Below, piece by piece: positions 1-14,267 of a stretch of DNA of 64,000 nucleotides. Every line of letters begins with the position of its first letter. Positions within the stretch are counted from its first letter, which is position 1. The stretch spans positions 18,786,001 to 18,850,000 of the forward strand of contig OZ024746.1 in NCBI GenBank assembly GCA_964016885.1, read 5' to 3'. The position numbers and the translations under genes are program-made. The notes beneath the pieces are model-generated. The model was not told the DNA's origin. It searched no databases and saw only the letters and a program-made list of their open reading frames with translations. Source of the stretch: Eledone cirrhosa. Lineage: Eukaryota.

Positions 1-817
1 ATTCCATCATATCTTATAGAAACATATAAAAGCTCATATAATTTAGCAATGTTTAATAATACAGCCAAGGCAGTGAATTGGCAGAGAATGTTGGATAGAA
101 TGCTTTGTGGTATTCATTTTGGCTCTCTGTTCTCTGATTCAAATCCGACTGAGGTCAACTTTGCCTTTTATTCATTCAAAATCGTTAAAAAAAGTACCAG
201 TCAAATACTGGGATCAATTCTTCCTCTCTCTCACTTTTTATCCTTCTCTGGGAGAAATCTGCTGTACTTAAACCTAGAGAGGAGATGGGCTTTTAAAATT
301 GCCTAGAAACACTGTGTGCCAATATGGTAGCCCTATGATTTCCCCAGGAGTGACAGGACCATGCCTGCAATAATACATCCACAATTCTAATAAACAAAAA
401 TCAAGATTTAAAGAATCCTACTGTATGTTAATTCAAGACGTCACTGTCTTACATGACTTTCTCAGAACTTTCATATTTTCACCAAGTCATAATTTATTTT
501 ATTAATGACATTATGATTGTGAGAGCTTTTCAAATCATGTATAGAGGTATAACCAACAATGTTAGAGGTAGCAATGAATGCAGTGATGAATTTGAAATTG
601 CAGATGGGAGTCCACCAGGGCTCAGGTAAAAGAAAAAAAGTGCTTCTTTAAAAACAGAAAATACAAAGTATTTCTTAAACAATGATCTTGTTTTAAAGAC
701 AATAACCTTTCAATAAAAATAAATATTTCTATTCAACAAGCTTTGTGTTACAAGAAAGGCTTCAAAGGTTCGAGTTATCCTTGAATGTCAATCAGAGTAA
801 ACTTTATTTAGTAAGTA

Positions 818-1086
818 TACATACATACATATGTATGTATATATGTATGTGTATGTATGTGTATATATATGTATATATATATATGTATGTATGTGTATAT
901 ATATGTGTATGTATGTGTATATATATATATATATATGTATGTATATATATATATATGTATGTATATACATATATATGTATATATATATATGTATATATAT
1001 ATACATACATACATATATATATACACATACATACATACACATATATATATATACATACACATACATACACATATATATATACATAT

Positions 1087-1125
<39 letters not shown>

Positions 1126-1660
1126 CATACATACACATATATATATACACATACATACATACACATATATATATATATATACACATACATACACATATAT
1201 ATATATATACACATACATACATACATACACATATATATATACATACATACACACATATATATATATATATATATATACACATACATACACATATATACAT
1301 ACATATATACATACATGTATATACACATACATACACATATATATATACATGCATACATATATACATACATACATATATACATACATATATACATACATAT
1401 ATATACACATACATACATACATATATATACACATACATACATACATACATATATATACACATACATACATACATACATATATATACACATACATACATAC
1501 ATATATATATATATACACATACATATATATATATATATACACATACATACATACATATATATATATATACATACATATATATATACACATACATACATAC
1601 ATATATATATACACATACATACATACATACATACATATATACACATACATACATACATAT
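818..1660. repeat. Compound (TA)n/(TATG)n/(CATA)n microsatellite
   Basis: Direct inspection; source of the spurious Y/I/H/T ORFs. Confidence 0.97.
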
Positions 1661-2047
1661 AGTAATATTTATATATGTTTGATATAACTATAAATATGTA
1701 GGGTAGTACTAAGTACTAAATACATATATATATATATATATATATGTAGATAAATCTACCAAAATATACGGTAGTGTCAAATCCGTATGAAGAACTCAAT
1801 GTAATCCAAATATGAAAAGAGAATGTATTCAAATTTTTTTCGATGAAAATCACAGGAAAACAGAGTCAAGATAAATTAATAAACACAATGAATAAAAACA
1901 AAGAAACAGTTCCTTATATTAAAAAATTCATCATTTTACGATCGTTTCTAGGATATATATGTGTGTGTTGGTATGTATATCATATAGATCTATGTAAAAA
2001 TTTTACAAACTATCAGAGAAAATATACATACCTACACATATATATGC

Positions 2048-2464
2048 TGTCTTCAGAAATAATTGTTTCTACTTTTGGCACAAGGCCAGCAATTACGCAG
2101 TACATTACTGGTACTTTCTTTTATCGACTCCATAAGGATGAAAGGCAAAGTTAACCTCGGCGGGATTTGAACTCAGACCATAAAGGGACGTAACTCTTTG
2201 CTGCAAAGCATGACGTCAGACCCTCTACCGATACTGCCAATCTACCGCTGTCTTCAGAAATAATTGTTTCTACTTTTGGCACAAGGCCAGTAATTATCCC
2301 AGTGCATTACTGGTACTTTATTTTATCGACCCTGTAAGGATGAAAGGCAAAGTTAACCTCAATGGGATTTGAACTCAGACCGTAAAGGGACCTAACTATG
2401 CTGCAAAGCATGGCGTCCGACCCTCTACCGATACTGCCAATCCACCGGTGTCTTCAGAAATAAT
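2048..2464 (-). mobile_element. Two tandem tRNA-derived SINEs with a Nin-like central domain
   Basis: Minus strand shows box A/B-like head (TGGCAGTATCGG...GTTCAAATCC) and GCCTTTCATCCTT..GTCGATAAAA..AGTACCAG; tgtcttcagaaataat at 2048, 2249 and 2449. Confidence 0.85.
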
Positions 2465-3180
2465 GATATTTGTTTATTGAAAAAAACTAAAAGATTTAAT
2501 ACAATAGGTCTGTTTGGGAACAGGTTTTGAATTGACCAATAGAAAATTAGTAAGTGGTCAAGTTGATAGAATAGTAGTAGTAGAAATTTTATTCAGGGGT
2601 AGAAGAATGTAGACTTAAATTTTGAATAGAAAGAATACTTTGAATGAAAAGATTACTTTGGGTGAAAAGAGGTCAAGCCGGTGAAAGGTACACGAAAATT
2701 TGATGTTATTAAAGAATAATGCTAATGTTAAAATTGAAGGAGAATAAAATTTTAGGGTAAATGTGTTAGTGAGAAATACCAATCTTATTTAAAACAATGA
2801 ATTTAGATCTAACAAGAAATTAAATTAATTTAATTGATAGGTATACTTATAGGGATAAATTTATATTAATTCATATAGATGTGATAAATAAGAGTTAGAT
2901 GTTATTAAAGAGTGTTGTTAAAAACGAAGGAAAACATTTTTTTTGGGGATAAATGTATTAGTGAGAAATAACAAACTTATATAGACTACAAGGAATTTAG
3001 ATTCATAACAGGAAATTAAAATAGTTTATATGTATATTTATAGGTATTAATTTTAGGAAAAGAGAGCTGTAAAAGGGAAATAAAATTATGAAGTTCTCAG
3101 TAGTAAAGTACTAATTATAGGTTAACTAAATTAAAAAACCTAATTATAATAATTTGTAAAATATAAGTGTAAGGTGTATA

Positions 3181-4140
3181 TTAATTAGGTTTATAATATT
3201 TGAAAGTTCTTCTAATTCTATGATTGCACGATATAATTAATTCTTGTCGCTTATTTAATAGGATATCCTTAGATTTCATTATTTCAAAAAGTTCCTGGGA
3301 ACATAATCTACACTCATACCTGTTATTTTGATAAGGGGTGGCCCTTTTGAGCACACTCCAGGTCAGGTTATAATCGATATTCTTTTTTCTATAATTATTG
3401 ATTATTTCAGCCAAGGATGTTGTATTAGCTAATGCAGCATTTTTAAAACTATGTTTGTGGGTATTAAATCTTACTTTAAATTGGTTAGAAGTAGCTCCTA
3501 TATATGATAAGTTGAGTCCTTAGTGCTAATTTTACATTTATACACTGTTATTAATAAGACAATTTCCTTTTAATGGGCAATTTCCCTTGTTTCTACAGTT
3601 ACAACCATTCGTGAATATTATATCAGGGGAGTTAGTCAAATTAGGTGTGGAATTTACATGACTTGAATTTACATGTGAAGGAGATGGTGGTTTGTTGCGG
3701 TTTATTTTAGTATTATGGTTAGTTTGATGTGTTGGTGGTATATTCATGGTTTTTTTTTACATTTATATGCATTGTAGGCACTTATATTTTGTTGTATATT
3801 TTTGGTAGTGGAGTAGGAAAATTTGACCGTTGATCTATTTAAAATTTGATGGTATTTATGATTTGGCAGGAAGTTTTTCTCTAGGATAGTAAAAATTTTT
3901 TTAGGGATATTATCTTTAATTTGTAGATTAAATGGAGCATTATACCAAGTAACTCGTCTAGTACGGTTTCGATGTTTCAGTATGTTTACCAAGAAAGTTA
4001 GTATTAGTGAATTTATTATATATAGGTTTAGTTAGATTAACTGATTTAGGTATTTTGATCTGATTATTAGGAGTTTTGTTAGTAATGTTATTAACGTATA
4101 TTGGAGTATTAGGATGAATGGTTTTTTGAAAGTTATTATA
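3181..4140 (-). mobile_element. Degenerate Penelope-like element, C-terminal linker plus GIY-YIG endonuclease (Naiad-like architecture)
   Basis: Frameshifted ORFs give RRVTWYNAPF..KFSYS, CNCRNKGNCPLKGNCL, VYKC..YIGATSNQFKVRFNTHKHSF and CRLC..E..LLNKRQELIISCNH; 2465-3180 may be its 3' UTR. Confidence 0.85.
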
Positions 4141-4145
4141 TATAT

Positions 4146-4462
4146 TTTCTACAGCTGAGTAAACTGGAGCAATGTGAAATAAAGTGTCTTGATGTGTTGT
4201 TTCCTTGAGCAAGACACTTTATTTCACATTGCTCCAGTTTACTCAGCTGTAGAAATGAGATGATAGGGACTGAGGTCCCTATCATTCCACTGCAAAGTGG
4301 TCGTGGAGGTGCCACAGCAAAAAAGCACCCAGCACTCACTGTAAATGAGGTTGGTGTTAGGAAGGGCATCCAGCTGTAGAAATCAAGCCAGAATCAGTTC
4401 CCGTCCCACCCTTGCAAGCAGGGAAAAAGTGGACGTAAAATGAAATGAAATGAAATGAAATG
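4146..4462 (+). mobile_element. 5'-truncated CORE-like SINE with a fold-back duplicated 5' end and (TGAAA)n tail
   Basis: 4191-4445 near-identical to the full copy at 20282-20612; 4146-4191 is the reverse complement of 4210-4255. Confidence 0.85.
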
Positions 4463-5057
4463 ATATATATATACATACATACATACATATATATATATAT
4501 ACATATATATATATAAATAAATACTTACATATATATATATAAATACATACATATATATATATATATATACATACATATACATACATACATACATACATTA
4601 CAAATCTTGAGAAGCTAGGGTTCGCAGGAACAGAAAGAACACAACTAGTTAGGAAACTACAAGTACAATCTATTAATGGAACAGTAAAAATATGTAAAAC
4701 ATTCCAAAAATATTGCATCTAGTAACTGCATATACGCATGTACAGATGCAAAGCATATACACATGCACACATACAACTCAAAACATACAATATCATCCAT
4801 ATCTACACATGCATGCATACATATCTGCCTAGTTGATGTGTAAATTCCAATGAGAGAGTCTTGTGTCTATGTTAGAAACTGACTCTCTCTCTATTGGTAA
4901 AACTTTGTGAAATTATAAAACCAGAAGAACATACATATATACATACATATATATATATATACATATATATATATACATACATACATATATATATATACAT
5001 ACATACATACATATACATATATACATACATATATACATAGATATATATATATATACA

Positions 5058-5644
5058 TGGTGGTGGCTGCCAACTCGTTTTTGAGTACGGCCACTACCTT
5101 ATATCCATGTAGGAGAACCCCTACCGATGCGCTGAACAAGTGTCACTTTTTAGTCCAGCCACCGACTTGAAAACTCTGGTACAAACACTACACCTGTGAC
5201 AATTATTGACACATAGTGCTGGGCCCATGGTACCATGTGATGACAAGTGCAAAGAGATCTCCAGATATAAAGCAATGCCTGTGCTGTGAAGCTTTTATAG
5301 TGAGCAAAGGTACTGCACAAAGCCAGTCCCACTCTCTTAACCAAGATGATATTTACCAAAAAGAAGAACAAGTCAACATCATTGGATACCATCAGGGTTG
5401 CAGGTGTTATATCAGAGTTTTCCTTCTCCTAGAATTCTGCCTTGACAAAGGCTAAGGGGTCATCTCTCCTGGTGATTTTGGATGGCCATTGACTCTTAAG
5501 AGCTCCTTTGCCCTTTGACAGGTTTTGTTTTTAGTCCTGCAGGATGTCCAAAGTCACCCTCCACACCAAGAAACCTTGGTGGGGTTGCCAGTTTAGTCGC
5601 CAACGACCCGACCATGAGACAGGTTGTACTGGGATACATGTTAC
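5058..5644 (-). mobile_element. Non-autonomous bipartite RTE-like retroelement, copy 1
   Basis: Near-identical to 45693-46303; RTE-type 5' UTR motif CTAGGAGAAGGAAAACTCTGA and a 3' C2H2 zinc-finger remnant. Confidence 0.75.
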
Positions 5645-5676
5645 ATGTATATATATATACATATATATATATGTGC

Positions 5677-5713
<37 letters not shown>

Positions 5714-7045
5714 CATATATGTATATATATATATATATGTACATATATATACATACACATATATATATATACATACATATATATATACATACATATATAT
5801 ATACATACATACATATGTATATATATATACATACATACATACATATGTATATATATACATATATACATACATATATACATACATATGTATATATATACAT
5901 ATATACATACATACATATGTATATATACATACATATGTATATATATACATATATACATACATACATACATATGTATATATATATACATATATACATACAT
6001 ACATACATATGTATATATGTATATATATACATATATACATATGTATATATGTATTTATATACATATATACATATGTATATATGTATTTATATACATATAT
6101 ACATATGTATATATGTATATATATATACATATATACATATGTATATATGTATATATATACATATATACATATGTATATATGTATATATATACATATATAC
6201 ATATGTATATATGTATATATATACATATATACACATGTATATATGTATATATATACATATATACACATGTATATATGTATATATATACATATATACACAT
6301 GTATATATGTATATATATACATATATACACATGTATATATGTATATATATACATATATACATATGTATATATGTATATATATACATATATACATATATAT
6401 ATACATATATACATATATACATACATACATACATACATATGTATATATATACATATATACATACATGTATATATATACATATATATATACATATATACAT
6501 ATATATACATATATGTATATATATACATATATATACATATATGTATATATATACATATATATACATATATGTATATATATACATATATACATATATATAC
6601 ATATATGTATATATATACATATATGTATATATATACATATATGTATATATATACATATATGTATATATATACATATATGTATATATATACATATATGTAT
6701 ATATATACATATATATACATATATATACATATATACATATATATACATATATGTATATATATACATATATACATATATATACATATATGTATATATATAC
6801 ATATATACATATATATACATATATGTATATATATACATATATATACATATATGTATATATATACATATATATACATATATGTATATATATACATATATAC
6901 ATATATATACATATATGTATATATATACATATATACATATATATATATATACATACATATATGTATATATATACATATATACATATATATATATACATAC
7001 ATACATATATATATATACATACATACATATATATATATACATACA

Positions 7046-7076
<31 letters not shown>

Positions 7077-7224
7077 GTATATATGTATATATATACATAT
7101 ATACATATATATATACATACATATATACATATACATACATATATACATATACATATATATATATATATACATATACATACATATATATATACATACATAT
7201 ATACATATACATACATATATATAC

Positions 7225-7262
<38 letters not shown>

Positions 7263-7371
7263 ATACATATATACATATATATACATACATACATATATAC
7301 ATATATATACATACATAAATATACATACATATATATACATACATAAAAATATATATATATACATACATATA

Positions 7372-7417
<46 letters not shown>

Positions 7418-7469
7418 CATACATAAAAATATATATATATACATACAGATATATATACATACATATATA

Positions 7470-7501
<32 letters not shown>

Positions 7502-7877
7502 CATATATATACATACATACATATATATACATACATACATACATACATATATTCATACATATATATATACATACATATATACATACATATATACATACAT
7601 ATATACATACATATATACATACATATATACATACATATATACATACATACATATATACATACATATATACATACATATATACGTACATATACATATATAC
7701 ATATATATATATACATCATCATCATTCATCATAATTTCATTTTACGTCCGCTTTTTCCCTGCTTGCAAGGGTGGGACGGGAACTGATGCATACATATATA
7801 CATACATACATACATACATATATACATACATACATATATATATACATACATACATATACATACATACATACATATAC

Positions 7878-7916
<39 letters not shown>

Positions 7917-7923
7917 CATATAC

Positions 7924-7962
<39 letters not shown>

Positions 7963-8563
7963 CATATATATATACATACATACATATATATATACATACA
8001 TACATATATATATACATACATACATATATATATACATACATACATATATATATACATACATACATATATACATACATATATATATACATACATACATATA
8101 TACATACATATATATATACATACATACATATATACATACATACATATATACATACATACATATATACATATACATACATATATACATACATATATACATA
8201 CATACATACATATATATATATATATACATACATACATATATATATACATACATACATATATATATACATATATACATATATACATACATACATATATATA
8301 TACATACATACATATATATATACACATACATACATATATATATACACATACATACATATATATATACACATATATATATATATACATATATATACATACA
8401 TAGATATATATATATACATACATAGATATATAGATATACATACATACATACATATGCATATATTCATACATATACAATATATACATACATATATACAACA
8501 TACATATATATATATATATCACACTATATACATGTGTGTATACCTATCTATATATATCTATAT

Positions 8564-8600
<37 letters not shown>
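5645..8600. repeat. About 3 kb compound TA/TACA microsatellite interrupted by a SINE 3' stub (7716-7787, minus)
   Basis: Direct inspection. Confidence 0.96.
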
Positions 8601-8601
<1 letters not shown>

Positions 8602-8666
8602 TCATCTTTATATACACACATAGATCCCTTGGTAGCAGGGAAAGCGGCCGTTAAACGACAATGATG

Positions 8667-8698
<32 letters not shown>

Positions 8699-11299
8699 CA
8701 TACATACACACGCATATAAAACCAACAAAACAATTCATAAGTATCTATTAAATTACAAGTTAGATGAGATAAGTGTTTTAATATGAGGTCTGAGATGAGG
8801 AAATAAAGAAGGGGGCAAGTGTCTGAAAGGAAACCAGAAACTATATATGATGTAATATGATCCCCAAAAAGAAGCTGTTGATAGTGATTTAAGAATAAAA
8901 CCCTGCTCTATAGTAGAGCAGTTGAATAGGGAACTGAAAGAACACAAACGTTCTTATGTAGAGAGGCAGACATGACAAGAATGAAACAAAGATGTTCATT
9001 TACTGAGATATATTTAGAAAAATTCTTTTTAACCTCATTAACAAAAATATTCCTTCTGAATAAACTTGAACAAAAAAAAAAAACAAAAAAACCCCCCAAA
9101 AACTAAGCTGTATTCTCAAAATAAAAAATAAAAGAATTCAAACAGATCCACTAAAAGACTGTAAGGAAGAGCAAAGAAGATTTAGAATAACTAAAAAAAT
9201 ATTTATAGCTTAAAATAAAGAATTAACTTATGATATTTAAAATTATGGCAATAATAAAAATTAATAAGGAGAAAACTTACTATACATTTCTTTAAATAAT
9301 CAGGCATTTTAAAATTGATAGCAATGGTATTGCCAATCAGGTGGCATGCTGGAGATTTCTTACACAGCATCTTGAATGTGATGTTTAAATCTTACACAGA
9401 CTGTACATGTACTTAGCGTGTTGGAAGGTAAGTGAATGATATAGTAGTTGGCAAACACAGCAGCAACAGAAACTTAAGACAATATCCTTAGAAACTGGTT
9501 GTTTCACAGCACCTGAATTAGCAGTCTTTGTACAGAGTTCAAGAGATTCCACAACATGATATATTCATTTATTATTTGTTAAGATCCACATGCACATTCT
9601 TTTACTTATAGTTCCTAAGTTCTTTGTTTTTTAAGTGTCTGCTAGTGTCTGCTTATGCATTAAAAGTAACAGGAGGTGTTATCAAGATGCATATGTATCA
9701 GCTGGAGGAAGGAATGGTCTATTCTTATTTATGGGGGGAGGTAAGAAGACAAACTTGTAAAGTACACAGTTATCTTAATAAGAGCTAGTTGTTAAACGAC
9801 ATTCAGAAGTGGGTGAACGATATTATTATTCAGAATTCAACAAGATATGTGGTCACCACTGACTAATGGCCACTATTTGATGCAATAATTTTATGCACTA
9901 CTGAAAAGGATGGGGAATCACTAACAACATTATTTTCTAGACAAGCTAAATTGCATTAATTATAAAATAATAACAATTTGACTGATTTGGTAAAAAAAAA
10001 ATTCTGTCTAAAAATAGTTTTTGCAAACTTTAAAATAATTCTCTAATAATAGAGAGGAATCATAAAATAAATTTTAACTTTTATAAACTGAAAAACAGAA
10101 TATAATTATTTAATTTATTAAACTTTTTATAACTGAAATAGTGGAAAAAATATATTTGTGAATATTTATTTTAGTAAAAAAAAAAAAAAATTTAATTTCA
10201 CTTATTCACAAGAAAATGAATTCTTATTTATAAGATTTAAATCTTTTTCCAAGAATCAATTGATGTAAATACAGAGCCCACCAAAATAAATGTATATACA
10301 CTTCAGGAAAAGAAAAACTTGTATAAATATTTAACTTGTTTAAATAAATCTATAAATATAAATACCTCTTTCAAAAGGTTGATCAAATTACGATGACACT
10401 GTACTGTAGTAAATTACTGTAGTAAAATATTTATACAAATTTGTCTTTACCTGAAGTGTGTATATATTTTATTAGTGAATTGTATATACAATAGTTCAAA
10501 GTTATATAAGTTCAAAGTTATCTTTACATACTGTTTAAAAAAAAAAAAAAAGAAACTATCCACCCTTCCCATCAAAACCTGAACTATTTTTGTAGTAATT
10601 TCTAATACTGAAAATAATAGAAGGTAATATGACAAATATATATGTTGGGGTTTTCAAAAATGTATTTTTAGAAATAGCAAGAAGCATGATATTGTATATT
10701 TAGGTAGCAATTCTTTCTCTAAATTTTATTTTGCAGTAAGATATCTTAAGAAAAAACATCTTAAATTAATCTGAATATTTATATATTTATCTGTAATTTT
10801 GGATTATTTAAAATATCAAGTTACAATAACAGGTAAAAAGGGAGTTTCAGCTGCTAACAGTTTAGTTAAAACACCTTTTACAGTCAAACACGGAATATTA
10901 GATTAGTTGAAAAGCTAGTTGTTAGTTCGGACAGGTTAACATGCATTAGAATAAGAATAATTGGAATTAGAAAATAGTTAGTAAAAAAGAAAAAAAGATT
11001 TAAAATATATCCTTGAAAACTGGATAAGAAGGATATCCTGGAAACAGCTGGTAATCTTATACAGATAACAGGTCACATCCATAATATAAGTGGTCACTTA
11101 TAATAAGACACTCCTGTATTTGGATATTTTGGTAATAAATATTTGACAGATGAGATAGCCTTTGTTAGAAAATGATGCAGGCATGTTATTCAATTTATAC
11201 AAAATAAAATACAGTCATGTGATTAGTTATATTCTGCAAGAGTGTCCAGTGAAAATAGTAGGCTTTATAACTGACTGATTAACTTAATGTCTTATTATT

Positions 11300-11510
11300 C
11301 TTCATCACCAACTTATTCCTAAGAGGGTTGGGGAGGAGCAGAGTCCTCAAGTACTCCTTCTAATGGGTCCTGTCAGAACCAACTGTCTCCAATTGATCCA
11401 GCTGAATCTCCAAGTGTGACCAGGTGAACTCATGGATGTTATCCAACCATCTTGCTCAAGGTCTACCCCTGGGTCTCCTGTCGGTTGGTTTTGCTGTAAA
11501 ATCTGTGCAG
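11300..11510 (-). mobile_element. RTE LINE 3' fragment
   Basis: Encodes a degenerate KPTGRPRGRP..RWLDNI-type motif; homologous to 22060-22260 and 50190-50391. Confidence 0.7.
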
Positions 11511-13974
11511 GAGTTACAAGTCCATACAATAATACCAGAGGCTATGTAGATAATGCCATAAGTTTATATCCTATTATTAGTACTGATATTTTAGAGATAT
11601 TCTTGAACAAAGGCACTGAACTCTTCTACATTCCTTCTACCTAAACTTCTAACTGAAGTTTAGTCCCAACAAAGAAATGGTTCAATAATCTAGCATTAGT
11701 AGGAGAGTGATCAATCAACAAGATCCCAAACCTCACTCGCTTACCGAGCAGGGTGGAACTTGTCAAATCAGACCAAGAAAACATATTTTCAAAATAAGAT
11801 ATATGGGCTGAATGTTTGGTATTTCAGTTACTTTGCCACGATACATCAAACATTTATTTATTTCTACAAATGTGAATTATTTTTCTGGTTCTACTACTAT
11901 GTCCTGTATTTCATGTTACTGTTTGCTTTGCTTTGCATATAAATAATCTATAGAGTATAAGAACGATAAATATCTGGTTTTGTTTGGGAAATATAAGTAA
12001 ATAAAAAGTATGCAATGAATATGTTAGGATTAGACTTCAGTTGGAAAGAAACAGGAAATTAGTTTCTCTGGTTCTTTGTTATATCATCCTCTAGTTCTTT
12101 CTTATAAAAATTATAAATATCTTTAAACTATATTATCTTTGTTATATTATCGGTTGCCGTTGACACCTCAGGCATCCTCAGACCCCATACAGTCGAGCTC
12201 TTCTGTAAAATCAGAATGTCAGCAGCCCAAATGAGGAAGGAGCCCCACGAGAAGGGAGTGGCTGTTGCTGGCCATTGTCTGCAGGGCACAGCTGAAACAC
12301 CGCTTTGACCTAGGTGTAGAGTCTGTCACCCTCTCTTTCTTCCTTGCTCTTCCCTGGAGTGGATATTTCAGTTACTCACCATCACCCTTATTTTAATTCT
12401 ATTTTTTCCATGCTGGCATTGGTTGGACAATAGTATGATGCCAGTTTTGCAGCTCTTCAATAAACAACAGAAATGCAGACAACCAATCTTTGTTGTTGTG
12501 TTTGTTATATGTTTTAACATGGCTTTTCTCTTGCCGAGTTCATCTCTCTCTTTTTTTTTTGTATTTTTAAGGCTAGATACCATTTATATTTAGTAGATTA
12601 TTATAACTTCTGACAAGACCCACTGGAAGGAGTGTTTCAGGACTCTGCCCCAACAACCCTCTCAAGAATAAGTGGGCAAAGAAGAAGATTATAACATGTC
12701 TTTTTATCAAATCATTATTTGTAGAGAACAGAAGAAATGAGAATAATGTAGTCCTTTTTAGGTCTTTATCAAAGGATTGTTGGTGCCATAATCAAAAACT
12801 GTTCTTTCATCTACTGTTAGGGTTAAAAAAATGAGGAGGTAGGTAAATCAGTTGAAAAATTAGACTTGTCATTTTTCACTGAATTCTTCAACCATTCAAA
12901 ATATTTACATTCCAGTCTTTATTCCCTCAACTGTCTGACATTTCAAAACTTGACAAACCTTTTCTTTATGCAGCTCCCTGCTAGAAGCCTGTACATAACA
13001 CTGCACTATTTATACAATAACTGTAATCTCTGTTTAGGATAGTTATGTCTGTTGCGTCTAACCATTCCTTGATGTTTACACTCTAGAACTTTGTGTGTAA
13101 CAGAACCAAACTTAAACCAGTCTACAGTGACTGTTTTCTTAGATTTTTTTTTGGTAGATTTTAGAATTATTCCAACTGAAGTATAAATAAGTCTTTTTCT
13201 AGTTTATGATAAAGTTGAAGTTGGCATTAAAATTTGTTTGTTCTTAACAGTCTTTGAAATGGTTTCAAACATTTTTTTTTCATCATCATCATCATCGTTT
13301 GAAGTCTATCTTCCATGCTAGCATGTCCTTTTTATAAATTAATAGACTTTTTTTGCTATGCTACTTCAAATATTTCATGTCTGGTTACTGCGTAACTCAA
13401 GCCAACTGATAATATATTTTTGTTGCTGTTCTTAGAAGGAAAATTAAAAATACTAATTAGGAAGATTGGAAATATTTAAATATAAATTACTTCATTGAAC
13501 ATCTAATTTTTGAAGAAATAAACTTTGGTTTTTAACTTTTAGTAAATTTTCTTATGAAATTTAAAATCAACAGTCAGTGCTCTGAGTCTTACAAGTAAAG
13601 TTAGTAATCTTTTGAATACAACATTAGGTAGCATAAGAAGTCTAGAATATAATCCATGTCCTACGGCAAAGTAAATAACTGCTATTGAAAGTGAAAGGTT
13701 GTATTAGTTTTGTTTGTTGTTGTTGTTGCTTTGTGTAGTTTTTCAAAACATTCAGGTCAAAAATGGAAGATAACATTGGGGGGAGATTAGTGAGAAGTAA
13801 TATTTCATAAAGGTAGATTTAGGTGTAAATGCTTAGTAGTCATGACACTCAATAATACCGACTACTGCTGTTACTACTTTCAGACATAACTGACAGAACA
13901 TAGTTTAGCATAGTAAAAATGTGTGCACTTTAAACTTACCACAACCCAACAATTAGACAACATTCTTAATGCTA

Positions 13975-14215
13975 GTGAAAGCACATGACTTAGTGGTTAG
14001 AGAATTGATTTCTCACTCATGAGGTTGTGAATTTGATTCCTGGACTGAGTGATGCTTTATGTCTTTGAGCAAGACCCTATCTTTCATGTTGCTCTTTCTG
14101 CCAGGAGGTGCAATTGATTGTTAGTATCAACAATGGAAAGACCAATGGTAACATCGTTTCTTTGGTCTGATTTGACAAGTTCCACCCCTGTCCAGTAAAC
14201 AAATGAGGTTCGATA
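13975..14215 (+). mobile_element. tRNA-CORE SINE, hairpin-body subfamily
   Basis: Head gcacatgacttagtggttaga, CORE-like ctttgagcaagac, body ggaaagaccaa..ttggtc; relatives at 26870-27085, 30255-30480, 33940-34164, 35755-35965 and 61025-61275. Confidence 0.75.
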
Positions 14216-14267
14216 TCTTGTCAATTGAGCGATCGATATATATGTACACTCCAAATCTTTTAAGTTG

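Noticed and set aside
745-8522. Long Y/I/H/T/M/C/V-rich ORFs (also 42458-49399)
   Set aside because: Translations of TA/CA microsatellites, open in many frames on both strands
9281-9390. Possible exon ending at a gtaagt donor (..MPDYLKKCI)
   Set aside because: Only weak AAG acceptors without a pyrimidine tract; no recognisable protein motif
12150-12583. GC-richer patch with a minus-strand gtgagt donor
   Set aside because: No acceptor and frame consistent with the phase-0 end of exon 16084 could be found
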